From IMG/VR virus record IMGVR_UViG_3300042323_000878, positions 1-55,988 of that record: a stretch of 55,988 nucleotides of DNA; one strand, written 5' to 3'. The DNA is from a virus (lineage: Duplodnaviria > Caudoviricetes). The notes below the pieces were generated by a model, which was given only the letters and a program-made list of their open reading frames with translations, did not search any database and was not told the DNA's origin. How positions within the stretch are numbered: the stretch's first letter is position 1; each line of letters opens with the position of its first letter. A program made the position numbers and the translations under genes. Of the stretch, positions 18,372 through 27,767 are shown piece by piece.

Positions 18372-20756
18372 TTAGCTCAAAAGGTCATTTGCACCGGGTT
18401 TTTCAAGCACGGACCTTACAAGCTCGTTAATCTCCGATCGACTTTTTTCTTTGAACTCTCTGAATGTCGAACCTTTTACCCAAATTGTGCAAGCTTTTCC
18501 TTCCCATTTCACAGGGTGTTCAAGGACCGAAAAGCCTAATTTCATGAGCATTTTATGTAATGCTTTGCCCTTAGGCACCTCAATATCTTCGACAAAACTG
18601 AGTGCTGTTGTGAAGTGTCTGCTAGACAAAATTTGGCTGTTGAAGCCATACCCACCCTCTTCAATGAGGTCTTTAACAACCCCAAAAGCATCGCTGACGT
18701 TTAGGCTGATCATCTGATTTTTAGCCAATGAGGTCGGTGCTTGGCCTTTTGGATTGAACAACGGGCTTAATTGGTATTCAATAAGCCACTTCCTAAGGCC
18801 AGGGCCATGATCTTTAATCGAGTCAAACAAGATGCTAAAGTAATCAGAATCAGCAACTGCTAGCAGCTCTTCTTGTGTATTAAATGGTGTAAATTGAACC
18901 CACCAGCGCCTATCAGTATCTTCTAAAGGCAGTGCATCGTGGTGGTTAGTAAAGGCAATGTAGTTGACTGTATTAGGGGCAACGTACTCATTTACACCCT
19001 TTGGGTGGATGGTAATTTGGTCATTTGTAATGTACGGTTTGATGGTATTCAGCACATCATGGCGGTTATGACCAACCATCCGGATCTCTTCCAAAACATT
19101 GACACAACGGCCAGCCGCCCAACTTGTAAAGCCAGTACCAAGCACCGAGGGTGACACAATGCCCACGTTTGGCATGCCCATGACCCCCATCATCAAGTTG
19201 ACAAGCACTGATTTACCATCACCCTCAATGCCTTTAATTAGAGGTGCCCAGCGGATCTTTTCACCTGGATTCTGGACACAATAAGCAATCCAACTAAGCA
19301 TGATCTCGACTGAATAAGTTTCAACCAAGATCATTGCAAGGTGGGCTTTAACCACCTCAATCGCCTTAAGATCGCCAGGGCTAAACGTTACAGGTATGTC
19401 TGGTGGGCTGTTTCTGTTGTATTCATTGGCGCACGGTGCGCCGTTAAGATCAAACAAATCATCAGCCATGGGTAGATAGATGATTTTATCTGGCGTTGGT
19501 ATACGAAACAAGTCAAGAGCCAAAGTTGCAGCCGAGTCGTCACCACAATGCCTGTTAAACATAGCTGCAAAGCCTTGCTGGCTAACTTTGCGTTTAGTCG
19601 TAACATTAAAAAACTTGTCTTCATGGGTCACATAAACCCAATCAGCCAACCATTCAGGCACGCCTTCATGCACCTTCGGTTTAATCAAACCTTTAGCATC
19701 GCCGATAGAAATTGGAAAGCCTAGATCCTTAAACTTGGTTTTAAGGATGCCAGCAAGGACCCCTCTGCTTAAATGATCCAACCCTAACTCTGCTTTGATC
19801 CCATCGACAACTGTGGTCCTTAAGCTCTCCAAATCGGTTTCACTCTCAATGGTAGTCTTGCATCTGTCAAACGTGCGTTGTTGCTCGGCTTTCTTGTGCT
19901 CACCTGCGCGCATAATGATCGAGGCAAGCGTTACGGCGCCTTGACCACCGTCCCGCTGCTCACTAAATGAATCCCACTTAGCTTCTAGTTCCCGCCGGTC
20001 ATAAGAACCTGTTTGTCGGCTTACTTTGTCCCAAAGCTCCATCCATTCTTCATCTCCACGGCCCTGATGATGCAAAGCCATGCCGAGTTGAAGCCAAAGA
20101 TCATAGGGTTCAATGTCGCCAACGTAGGGCAGCAACTCATTTTCAACACGGTCGAGGTCCCAGTCAGAAAGAGGGGGCTTATATGCCTCAAGAGAAAACG
20201 ATTCATTAGAGCTAAAATGCTCTTCAACAAACCAACTAACATCTTGAATGGAGGATGGTAAAGCTTCATGTCCATTAAGCTGATGGCCAGTGACTGTAAA
20301 GTAACGACCATCTCTATAAACTTCGATGTTGCCTTTTTTGCCGTTGATTGCAAGGTTGGACTTGGTGAATAGTTTAATGCCTGTGCCTGATGGACTTGTC
20401 TCGGCGTATCCATCAACTCGGTCTAACAAGTCTTTAGCCAACGGACTCATGACCCCATTAACGATGCACTTATCCAAATCGATGCCTTGAATGCCGTCAC
20501 TGCCATCAAAGGCTATACCGATGCCCTCATAACCTTCCATGAGGTAGGTGTCTAGAGCATCTTCAAAACTTGACCAATGCTTTGGATTAGTTACCTGGGC
20601 CAAACGACCATTAACCTGGTGTGGTACTTTCTTCCAAACTATCTCACCACTCTTTTTGACTGATTGCTCAAGTTTCCATACAACCCAGCGATGGATTGCT
20701 TTAAGCTCTTGAGGGATTGATTCTGGTTTGACAGCTAATGGTGTTGGTCGGCTCAT
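18372..20756 (-). CDS. Primase-helicase (prim-pol / PriCT-2 / DUF5906 P-loop ATPase)
   Basis: GIDLD.C, YAETSPSGTG and EVY..GRYFTVTG primase motifs; WLQLGMALH PriCT-2; GIEGDGKS Walker A; FTNH and DRRW. Confidence 0.9.
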   Translation of the reverse strand: MSRPTPLAVKPESIPQELKAIHRWVVWKLEQSVKKSGEIVWKKVPHQVNGRLAQVTNPKHWSSFEDALDTYLMEGYEGIGIAFDGSDGIQGIDLDKCIVNGVMSPLAKDLLDRVDGYAETSPSGTGIKLFTKSNLAINGKKGNIEVYRDGRYFTVTGHQLNGHEALPSSIQDVSWFVEEHFSSNESFSLEAYKPPLSDWDLDRVENELLPYVGDIEPYDLWLQLGMALHHQGRGDEEWMELWDKVSRQTGSYDRRELEAKWDSFSEQRDGGQGAVTLASIIMRAGEHKKAEQQRTFDRCKTTIESETDLESLRTTVVDGIKAELGLDHLSRGVLAGILKTKFKDLGFPISIGDAKGLIKPKVHEGVPEWLADWVYVTHEDKFFNVTTKRKVSQQGFAAMFNRHCGDDSAATLALDLFRIPTPDKIIYLPMADDLFDLNGAPCANEYNRNSPPDIPVTFSPGDLKAIEVVKAHLAMILVETYSVEIMLSWIAYCVQNPGEKIRWAPLIKGIEGDGKSVLVNLMMGVMGMPNVGIVSPSVLGTGFTSWAAGRCVNVLEEIRMVGHNRHDVLNTIKPYITNDQITIHPKGVNEYVAPNTVNYIAFTNHHDALPLEDTDRRWWVQFTPFNTQEELLAVADSDYFSILFDSIKDHGPGLRKWLIEYQLSPLFNPKGQAPTSLAKNQMISLNVSDAFGVVKDLIEEGGYGFNSQILSSRHFTTALSFVEDIEVPKGKALHKMLMKLGFSVLEHPVKWEGKACTIWVKGSTFREFKEKSRSEINELVRSVLEKPGANDLLS

Positions 20757-20968
20757 TGCGCAGACCTTTCACGTTCAATCATCATGTCTACCAGGGTTAG
20801 TATATTCGTGGCATTAACGTCACGAAGCTTAAGGCCGATGAGGACTGACCTGGCGGTATAGATCAATGAATGGAGTTCCTCAACAGACTTGACCATTCCT
20901 GGACCAAAGTCAGTTAAAGGCTTAGTCTCAAGCGCAGAAAAGTACGGGCCTTGATCATCATCTTCCAT
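20753..20968 (-). CDS. Hypothetical protein
   Basis: AAGGA SD before ATG 20968 (MEDDDQG...). ATGA overlap with the primase gene. Confidence 0.55.
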   Translation of the reverse strand: MEDDDQGPYFSALETKPLTDFGPGMVKSVEELHSLIYTARSVLIGLKLRDVNATNILTLVDMMIERERSAQ

Positions 20969-21056
20969 AGCGGGTTCCTTAAACAACAAAAATGAGAAAG
21001 TATCATACACTAAAAATTAGATGTACAATCATTGGACACTAACTTTTTAAATCAAA

Positions 21057-21311
21057 ATGACAAAAGACCCGCACCTTCAAGAAGCTTGCCAAAAGGCTCT
21101 CGAGACTCTCCTGGCCCACTTTGGTACCAAAGCAGAAATGGCGCGCAAAGCCGGTATGAGTCGCAACGCCGTAGGGCTTTGGTTCACTAGAGGCCAAGTA
21201 GGTAGAAAAGCAGCAATCAAGTTTGGCAAGATGAAGGCGTTAGGTCTTAGCAAAGAAGATATGCGGCCAGATGTGGTTGACTGGACCCCTATGAAGAAAC
21301 GTAAAAAATAG
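21057..21311 (+). CDS. Cro-like HTH transcriptional regulator
   Basis: FGTKAEMARKAGMSRNAVGLW...G HTH and C-terminal MRPD. First gene of the divergent plus-strand block. Confidence 0.75.
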   Translation: MTKDPHLQEACQKALETLLAHFGTKAEMARKAGMSRNAVGLWFTRGQVGRKAAIKFGKMKALGLSKEDMRPDVVDWTPMKKRKK

Positions 21312-21366
21312 TTGTACAACTCTTAAAAAAGTAGTGTACAATGCACTTACGGCAACATCGCCGTCT
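21305..21366 (+). promoter_or_regulatory. Early promoter/operator repeat copy 1 (AGTTGTACAACT palindrome, TACAAT, small hairpin)
   Basis: 62 bp identical but for one base to 33178-33239; 5' part shared with 24503-24532. Confidence 0.8.
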
Positions 21367-21390
21367 TAATGTTGTAAAGGAAAATTAAAA

Positions 21391-21624
21391 ATGAACGCAA
21401 AAGATTTCACCCCGGCCCAAGCAGACGCTTGGATCAAACAAGAATTCGGCAAAATAAAAACTAAGACGGACGCCAGCAATTTCTTAGCAAGTTACGCAAA
21501 AAGCGATTGCTTGTTTTTTGCGACAGAAGCTGGCATCGCTTCTGGACTCCGCATGCCCAACGCGCGCAATGCCCGCCATAAATTGTCAGCGATGGTGCAA
21601 GAAAAAATCTTCCCAGAATCTTGA
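21391..21624 (+). CDS. Hypothetical protein
   Basis: AAGGA SD, immediately after the promoter repeat. Confidence 0.65.
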   Translation: MNAKDFTPAQADAWIKQEFGKIKTKTDASNFLASYAKSDCLFFATEAGIASGLRMPNARNARHKLSAMVQEKIFPES

Positions 21625-21753
21625 AATTCAACCCAGAAAGGAAATCATCATGACCTCGCTCGTCCTCCCGCGCGCCGAAGCTCGGTTCCAAGATTTTGCG
21701 GATTGCTTGTCCATGACCGAAACTTTTGAAGCGATTGCTGCCCAGTAACCCTT

Positions 21754-21867
21754 ATGAAATTCAGTTTGGCTCTAGCCATCATTGTGTGCCTACTTCCTTT
21801 TGTGGGTTTAGGCATGCTTGCAACTAAATGGATCAGTCAACTGTGGGTATGGGCTGAGTCAAAATGA
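21754..21867 (+). CDS. Small hydrophobic membrane peptide (37 aa)
   Basis: MKFSLALAIIVCLLPFVGLGMLATKW...; ATGA overlap with the helicase gene. Confidence 0.45.
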   Translation: MKFSLALAIIVCLLPFVGLGMLATKWISQLWVWAESK

Positions 21868-23411
21868 AGCTATACAAGCATCAACCTCAGGCAGTTGAAT
21901 GGCTTAAGCCGCGACCTAAGGCTTTGTTGGCATTGGACATGGGCCTTGGCAAATCATGCATAGCTAGCTTAGACCTTCAAGCGCCTGCCTTGGTTGTGTG
22001 CCCCGCGTCACTCAAACTCAACTGGAAAGCAGAGCTAAAGATGTGGCGGCCTGAGCTAACTAGCCATGTCGTCAAGCAGGCAAAAGATGTACTCTTGCCT
22101 GCTGATGTGACGATCATTAACTACGACATTTTAGATAGAGTAGATTTACCAACCCACAAAACACTTATTGTTGACGAATGTCACTACATTAAGTCACATA
22201 AGGCCAAGCGCACAAAGCTAATGATGCGGTTGATTAAGGCCGCAGACCGGGTGCGCTTACTTAGTGGTACACCTATCTCAAACAGACCCAATGAGTTGTG
22301 GACTTTGATGTATAGCATTGGTGCTACCAAACTAGGCTGGTTTGAATTTGGTCGTCGGTTTTGTGCAGGTTGGATGACTCCTTGGGGCAGCTTTGACGTG
22401 TCTGGCTCAAGCAACGAAGAGTCATTGAGAGACTTGCTTAATCCGGTTATGTTGCGAATGACGAAAGAGCAGTGTATCGATTTGCCTGAAAAGACTTACC
22501 GGGTAATCGAGCTTGATTTGCCTGTTGACAAACGCGAAAAGCAGTTTACACAAGCGCAGATTGAAAGGCCTGACAGTATCCCTTTTGAAGCTATATCTGA
22601 CATAAGGCGCATGAACGCTGAGCGCAAGTTAGATCAGTCTGTAAGCTACATAAAAGACGTGCTTGAACAAACCGATAAGGTTGTTGTTTTCGCGCACCAC
22701 ACCCACATTATAGCGGCTCTAGAGGGCGCTTTAATTGTTTACTCACCTGTAGTGCTTACAGGAGCAACGAAGAATGATGACCGACACGCGGTTGTCACAA
22801 GGTTTCAAACAGACCCTACTTGCCGTGTGTTTATAGGTAACATTAAAGCTGCAGGCGTTGGTCTTACACTCACAGCAGCAAGTCACGTTGTGTTTGTTGA
22901 ATCGAGTTGGTCGCCGGCCGAGCTTAAACAAGCCGGTGATCGCTGTCACAGGATTGGTCAAAAGAACAACGTCACAATTGATCTTTTGTCAATAGGGGGA
23001 AGTATTGATGCTCTGATACTCCACTCGGTACTTACAAAAATGGGCGTAATCGACAACATTATTACGGAGTCTACTGACATGAACGAGAAACTAATTGCAA
23101 CCAAGCTGCGCGAGCTGGCTAACCTGTTTGATATGGCCGAAGAGGCACCTGCCGTTGAACAAGAGGCGCCTAAGCAAAAGGCCAAGCCGGTACCTACGGA
23201 TCCTGAGAAGCAAATCGAGTTGTCCATTGAAACTACTAACCAAGCTGGACCAACGCTTGACTCTTTAAGGAATGCAATGGCCAAACTGATCGGCGCAGGC
23301 AAACGTGATCAAGCCCTTGCCATCCTGGCTAAGTTGGGCGTGGCTAAGGTCAGTGAAATTCCAGAAGAACGATTTGCTGAGGCCATGCAGTTGGTTAAGG
23401 AAGCTTCTTAA
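21864..23411 (+). CDS. SNF2-family helicase with a fused C-terminal module
   Basis: DMGLGKS, DECH, LSGTP..N, GVGLTL and QAGDRCHRIGQ motifs, plus an extra ~110-aa tail. Confidence 0.9.
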   Translation: MKLYKHQPQAVEWLKPRPKALLALDMGLGKSCIASLDLQAPALVVCPASLKLNWKAELKMWRPELTSHVVKQAKDVLLPADVTIINYDILDRVDLPTHKTLIVDECHYIKSHKAKRTKLMMRLIKAADRVRLLSGTPISNRPNELWTLMYSIGATKLGWFEFGRRFCAGWMTPWGSFDVSGSSNEESLRDLLNPVMLRMTKEQCIDLPEKTYRVIELDLPVDKREKQFTQAQIERPDSIPFEAISDIRRMNAERKLDQSVSYIKDVLEQTDKVVVFAHHTHIIAALEGALIVYSPVVLTGATKNDDRHAVVTRFQTDPTCRVFIGNIKAAGVGLTLTAASHVVFVESSWSPAELKQAGDRCHRIGQKNNVTIDLLSIGGSIDALILHSVLTKMGVIDNIITESTDMNEKLIATKLRELANLFDMAEEAPAVEQEAPKQKAKPVPTDPEKQIELSIETTNQAGPTLDSLRNAMAKLIGAGKRDQALAILAKLGVAKVSEIPEERFAEAMQLVKEAS

Positions 23412-24514
23412 TGGCACACGCTAAACTTAGTCCGTCGGCCAGTGCCCGCTGGCTCACATGCCCAGGCTCTGTTTGGCTTGAACCAGATTTACCTGGCGGT
23501 GGGTCAAGCGTGTACGCAGAAAAAGGCACCGCTATGCACGAAGTGTCTGAGCAGTGCTTGACTAAAAGCTTATCACCTTCGTCATTCATCGGCAAAACAA
23601 TCAACCATCACATCATCACCCATGATATGGTTGAGTTGGTTCAAGTCTATGTTAACTACATCAATGCACTTGAAGGCGACAAGTTTTACGAAGAGAAAGT
23701 CACACTCGCAGAAGTAATCAACGACTGCTTTGGCACAGCTGACGCAATAGTGGTGTATGGTCCGCTAATGCGAGTAATCGACCTTAAAACAGGCGGTGGG
23801 GTTCGAGTAGAGGCAGAGGGCAATACCCAGCTACTCTGCTATGCGCTTGGTGCATACCTTAAATATGCGCCGGTTTATGACATTGAAACCATAGTGGTGA
23901 CCATTGTCCAACCACCAATGAACAGCATTGACTCATGGACTATCACTCTTGATGAATTGTTGTCCTTTGCCGAAGAGCTCAAGCGTGCATACGTAGCAAT
24001 ACAAAATGAACCTAACAAGTATGTAGCTAGTGAGAAAGCATGTAAATGGTGTCATGCAAGAGTTAAATGCCCTGAGATGAAGCGGCTCGCCGGAGAAGCT
24101 GCTGCATTGGACTTTGCAGGTTTAGAACCAGACTCAGTTGACGAATGGATGCCTAAGCTCACCTTACTCAAATCCTTTATTGAGGCGGTTGAAGCTAAGG
24201 CTAAAGACACTCTCCTCAATGGTGGAATTGTCAAAGGCTACAAGGTGGTTGAAGGCCGCAAGAGTCGTGACTGGGCTGATGGAGCTGCCACTGAACTGTG
24301 GCTCAAACAACAAGGCTACGACGACATATACACTAAGCCTTCACTACTTAGCGTTGCGCAAATGGAAAAAGCGTTAAAAGGAGAGGCATTAGACTTGTCG
24401 CCATTAGTTAAGGTTAGCTATGGCCAACCAACCATTGCACCGGTAACAGATGGCAGAGCCGGTGTAGACAAAACCCAGTCAGCTAAAAAGGATTTTGAAC
24501 CCGTTACAAAATAG
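23411..24514 (+). CDS. DUF2800 Cas4-like PD-(D/E)xK exonuclease
   Basis: HAKLSPS...RW..CPGS, GT.MH, FGTADA, IDLKTG, N.QL..YALGA and C.WC....C. Confidence 0.9.
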   Translation: MAHAKLSPSASARWLTCPGSVWLEPDLPGGGSSVYAEKGTAMHEVSEQCLTKSLSPSSFIGKTINHHIITHDMVELVQVYVNYINALEGDKFYEEKVTLAEVINDCFGTADAIVVYGPLMRVIDLKTGGGVRVEAEGNTQLLCYALGAYLKYAPVYDIETIVVTIVQPPMNSIDSWTITLDELLSFAEELKRAYVAIQNEPNKYVASEKACKWCHARVKCPEMKRLAGEAAALDFAGLEPDSVDEWMPKLTLLKSFIEAVEAKAKDTLLNGGIVKGYKVVEGRKSRDWADGAATELWLKQQGYDDIYTKPSLLSVAQMEKALKGEALDLSPLVKVSYGQPTIAPVTDGRAGVDKTQSAKKDFEPVTK

Positions 24515-24566
24515 TTGTACAACTCTTAAAAATCCGACGTATAATGCTACCACGACGCTTTTGTCG
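24503..24566 (+). promoter_or_regulatory. Early promoter/operator repeat copy 2
   Basis: gttacaaaatAGTTGTACAACTcttaaaaa...TATAAT followed by hairpin acgac/gtcgt and aatgttgtaaagg, as at 21368. Confidence 0.75.
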
Positions 24567-24589
24567 TATCAATGTTGTAAAGGTATATC

Positions 24590-25546
24590 ATGGCACACGA
24601 ACTCGATTTCTCTAATGGTCAAGCTAACGTTGCACTTGCCAAAAAAGGTGCATGGCATGGTCTTGGTCAAATCCTCGAAGCAGGTCAATCAATCGACGTA
24701 TGGGCAAAAGCTGCAGGCTTGACCCATACTGTCGAGCGTTCGGCCGTTCAATTTCAAGATCACGAAGGATCTTTTGCAGCCTTTCCTGGCAAAGATGTGC
24801 TTTATCGCTCAGATACATTTGCACCTCTCGGTGTGGTTAGCAACGAGTATAACATCGTTCAACCTGCAGATGTGCTTGACTTCTTTGCTCGTCTTGCAGA
24901 GAACAATCATTTTGAACTTGAAAGCGCAGGGTGTTTGTCTGGTGGTAAGCGTATTTGGGCAATGGCAAAAGTCAATGACGGTGCTACCATAATTAACCAG
25001 GACGTTGTCAAACCTTATGTCTTGTTGGCAACATCATACGATGGCACTCTCGCTACCACAGCGCGTTTTACCAGTGTTCGTGTTGTGTGCAGCAATACAC
25101 TCGGCTACGCTTCTGCTGAGTCCGGCGACACGGTTCGTATCAACCACTCAAAAGCATTTAGTGCTAAAGATGCTGCATTGGATTTAGGCATTGCACTCAA
25201 TGGCTTTGACAAGTTTCTTATTGAATCCCGCCTTCTTGCTAAGAAGCAAGTTAATGAGACCTTTGCGGTTCATTTCCTTAAAACACTTTTGCCTGTTAGC
25301 ATAGATGTAAAAACCAAAGAAGTACAACCTGTTGAAAAGACCAAAGCATTTAAATCCATCATGGCGTTGTTTAAAGGCAATGCGCTGGGCAATGAGTTTA
25401 TTGAAGCTGAAGGCACTGCTTGGGGGTTGCTTAATGCAGTCACAGAGCATGTTGATCACGGGCTGAACATGAACGCAGCATGGTTTGGCTATGGCAACAC
25501 TTTGAAAAATAAAGCACGCGGCCTTCTGATGGACGTTGTTGCTTAG
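24590..25546 (+). CDS. DUF932 / TIGR03299 phage-plasmid-like protein
   Basis: MAHEL...AWHGLG, LG.VS..Y.IVQP, ESAG.L.GG.R.W, SYDG and VRVVCSNTL motifs. Confidence 0.9.
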   Translation: MAHELDFSNGQANVALAKKGAWHGLGQILEAGQSIDVWAKAAGLTHTVERSAVQFQDHEGSFAAFPGKDVLYRSDTFAPLGVVSNEYNIVQPADVLDFFARLAENNHFELESAGCLSGGKRIWAMAKVNDGATIINQDVVKPYVLLATSYDGTLATTARFTSVRVVCSNTLGYASAESGDTVRINHSKAFSAKDAALDLGIALNGFDKFLIESRLLAKKQVNETFAVHFLKTLLPVSIDVKTKEVQPVEKTKAFKSIMALFKGNALGNEFIEAEGTAWGLLNAVTEHVDHGLNMNAAWFGYGNTLKNKARGLLMDVVA

Positions 25547-25633
25547 CACGTAAATAGTTGCCCGATGCTATCTCATCGGGTTGCCAGGTCGGAAAGACGG
25601 CCATTTTTATAACCTTAATGTTGAAAGTTAACT

Positions 25634-26161
25634 ATGAGCACAAAGTTAGTTACCCCGGAGTTTCGTGGATCATTTGTCCACCTGTTAGAGCCGCACGCAA
25701 TCAAAGGTGTGGAGAATGCCAAACCGCGTTACCAAATCACAATTCCTTTGCCAAAAAAAGATGCTTTTTGGACCAAGCTCAATCAAATGGTTGATGAGAC
25801 GGCCAAAGCCAAATGGGGAAAAATTCCCCCGAAAATGAAGTCGCCTGTCAAAGATGGTGACGAGGAAGAACGACCTGAATTGGCCGGTTGTTATAGCATT
25901 CAGGCTACCAGCAACAACAAACCTGGAATTGTTGACGCTCAACTGCAGCCTATCATGGACGCAAATGAGATCTATTCAGGTGCCTACTATCGGGCCTCAG
26001 TTCGTGCCTATGCTTGGGACCATCCTACCGGTGGAAAAGGAGTTTCGATTGCTTTGGACAACATTATGAAAACCAAGGACGGTGAAGCATTCAGCGGTCG
26101 CACAGACGCGTCTGAAGACTTTGCTGACTTTGCACAAGCTGACAACGACATGCTTGGCTAA
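25634..26161 (+). CDS. DUF2815-family ssDNA-binding protein
   Basis: R.SF.HL.EP, P.KDGD, IYSG.Y.RASV, G.KGV...LDNI.K..DGE and an acidic C-terminal tail. Confidence 0.85.
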   Translation: MSTKLVTPEFRGSFVHLLEPHAIKGVENAKPRYQITIPLPKKDAFWTKLNQMVDETAKAKWGKIPPKMKSPVKDGDEEERPELAGCYSIQATSNNKPGIVDAQLQPIMDANEIYSGAYYRASVRAYAWDHPTGGKGVSIALDNIMKTKDGEAFSGRTDASEDFADFAQADNDMLG

Positions 26162-26259
26162 CCTGCCATTTACCAACACGGGTTGGCGTGTCAATCAGGT
26201 GCAAAGCCTGTCCTAATTAGTTGTACAATCAACTACCAATCAATACGAAGGAGTTGTTT

Positions 26260-27123
26260 ATGGAAAGCAGGATCATGGGCCTTGTCAAAGCCATGCACGA
26301 AAAGTTTGGTTTAGCTAATGCTGTAGGCCCGATTAGTTTACAAAAAGAAGAAAAAGAATTCCGCATTGCCGCGATGCAAGAAGAACTTAACGAGTACGCT
26401 GAAGCGGAAACATCAGTCGACCAATATGACGCTCTTTTGGATCTTATCGTCTTCGCTGTAGGCACACTCGAGCGTCATGGCTTTCCATTGCTTGAAGGTT
26501 TTGAAGAAGTTATAAAGTGTAACATGGCCAAGGAGTTAGGCCAGAATGGTAAAAAGCGTGGTGGCTTTAAGCGTGATTTAGTCAAGCCTGCAGGTTGGAC
26601 CGGCCCTGAAGAAAAGCTTATGGACATACTCGTCAAAGCCAGTGTTGCAGCCGCCCCAAAGCCGCGTATGAGTCCTTTTTGCGTTGCACAATCGCCAAAA
26701 GAAATAGCCCCTTCCGTTGCACAATCGCCAAAAGAAATAGCCCCTTCCGTTGCACAATCGCCAAAAGAAATAGCCCCTTCTTCTGATGGAACAATTCAAC
26801 CGGGCTTTGCTCCGAAGTTTGATGCTACAAAGGTGCGTGTCGACCTACTCCCTGTCGGCCCCATGTTGCAGATTGCCGAAGTATTTACATTTGGCGCAAA
26901 AAAGTATTTTGCCGATTCGTATCGGCAAGGAGAAACCGTTGCGTGGTCGCGTACTTATGGGTCGATTATGCGCCACATGATGTCTTTTTGGAATGGCGAG
27001 GACAAGGACCCTGAGAGTCATTTATCTCATTTGGCGCATGCAGGTACTCAATTGTGTATTTTGATGGAGCACTCAACCTACAACAAAGACAAAGATGACC
27101 GTTTTGTAAGGGGCCAATCGTGA
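26260..27123 (+). CDS. MazG/PRA-PH-like NTP pyrophosphohydrolase fused to a DUF5664 (dATP/dGTP diphosphohydrolase N-terminal) domain
   Basis: EEL.EY...DAL.DL..F..G...EV..CNMAK...DLVKP.GW..P (MazG-like), then K.D..K...DLLP...V..FGA.KY...RH...W.GED.DPES.L.HLAHA. AAGGAG SD before ATG 26260. Confidence 0.85.
   Translation: MESRIMGLVKAMHEKFGLANAVGPISLQKEEKEFRIAAMQEELNEYAEAETSVDQYDALLDLIVFAVGTLERHGFPLLEGFEEVIKCNMAKELGQNGKKRGGFKRDLVKPAGWTGPEEKLMDILVKASVAAAPKPRMSPFCVAQSPKEIAPSVAQSPKEIAPSVAQSPKEIAPSSDGTIQPGFAPKFDATKVRVDLLPVGPMLQIAEVFTFGAKKYFADSYRQGETVAWSRTYGSIMRHMMSFWNGEDKDPESHLSHLAHAGTQLCILMEHSTYNKDKDDRFVRGQS
26682..26780 (+). repeat. 3 x 33-bp perfect tandem repeat encoding a VAQSPKEIAPS linker
   Basis: cgttgcacaatcgccaaaagaaatagccccttc at 26682, 26715 and 26748. 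Confidence 0.95.
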
Positions 27124-27767
27124 ACGTAACAAGCATCAGGCAGATATTTGTTAATAAGCTTGCCAATGAAGACTTTGCCGATGATGGCAATCTGGAGATT
27201 GTCAACGCCTCGTTTATCGCCGATGCGTCTTTGATCTTTGGCACTGTAAACGATGAATGGAACGGCAGAGAGCTCGAGTGGTACCTGAGCCAGTCTCTCA
27301 ACGTGAATAGCATTAGGCCTCCGGTGCCTGTTGTTTGGAAAAATGTTGCTACAAAAGACGGGCGCATAAACAGCAACTATGGTTGGTGTATTTTTAGCCG
27401 AGAAAATGGGTATCAGTTCCATAAAGCAATTGACGCGTTGGTTGCTAATAAAGCAAGTCGCCAAGCAGTCATGGTTTACATCCGGCCGTCGATGCATGAA
27501 GACTCTAAAGCCGACGGGATGCGTGACTTCATGTGCACCTACTCAACCCAGTTACTTATTCGTGGTGACCAATTGCACATGATTGTTAACATGCGGTCAA
27601 ATGACGCAATCTACGGATTTAAAGGAGACAGGTTTTGGCAAAGTACAGTCCTTGACTATAGTTTGATCAGATTGAAACAAACGTACCCAGAACTTGTCAG
27701 AGGCAACCTTTACTGGAATGCTGGCAGCTTGCACATCTACCCTCGTCACTTTGGTTTAGTTGAATGA
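27120..27767 (+). CDS. dCMP hydroxymethylase (T4 gp42-like, thymidylate synthase fold)
   Basis: Motifs recalled from T4 gp42: ASF.AD...IFG..N, RELEWY.S.SL, INSNYGW.I, RPSM..D...DGM.DFMCT (catalytic Cys), VNMRSND...GF..D (Asp at the dCMP-specificity site), WN.GSLH.Y.RHF.LV. Confidence 0.9.
   Translation: MNVTSIRQIFVNKLANEDFADDGNLEIVNASFIADASLIFGTVNDEWNGRELEWYLSQSLNVNSIRPPVPVVWKNVATKDGRINSNYGWCIFSRENGYQFHKAIDALVANKASRQAVMVYIRPSMHEDSKADGMRDFMCTYSTQLLIRGDQLHMIVNMRSNDAIYGFKGDRFWQSTVLDYSLIRLKQTYPELVRGNLYWNAGSLHIYPRHFGLVE

Noticed and set aside
23411-24514. Cas4-like nuclease as evidence of a CRISPR-Cas system
   Set aside because: It is a DUF2800 protein in a standard phage replication module; there is no cas1/cas2 or array.
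26165-26215. tRNA-like element (aggtgcaaagcct resembles a T-arm)
   Set aside because: Too short, and no cloverleaf or acceptor stem can be built.
26682-26780. 33-bp repeats as a mini CRISPR array
   Set aside because: The copies are head-to-tail with no spacers and in frame within a CDS.
26800-27123. DUF5664 domain as evidence of a 2-aminoadenine (Z) genome
   Set aside because: No PurZ/PurA-like or HD-domain dATPase gene is recognisable; the neighbours point to pyrimidine modification.
27120-27767. Ordinary thymidylate synthase or dUMP hydroxymethylase
   Set aside because: The motifs follow T4 gp42, including Asp rather than Asn at the specificity position.
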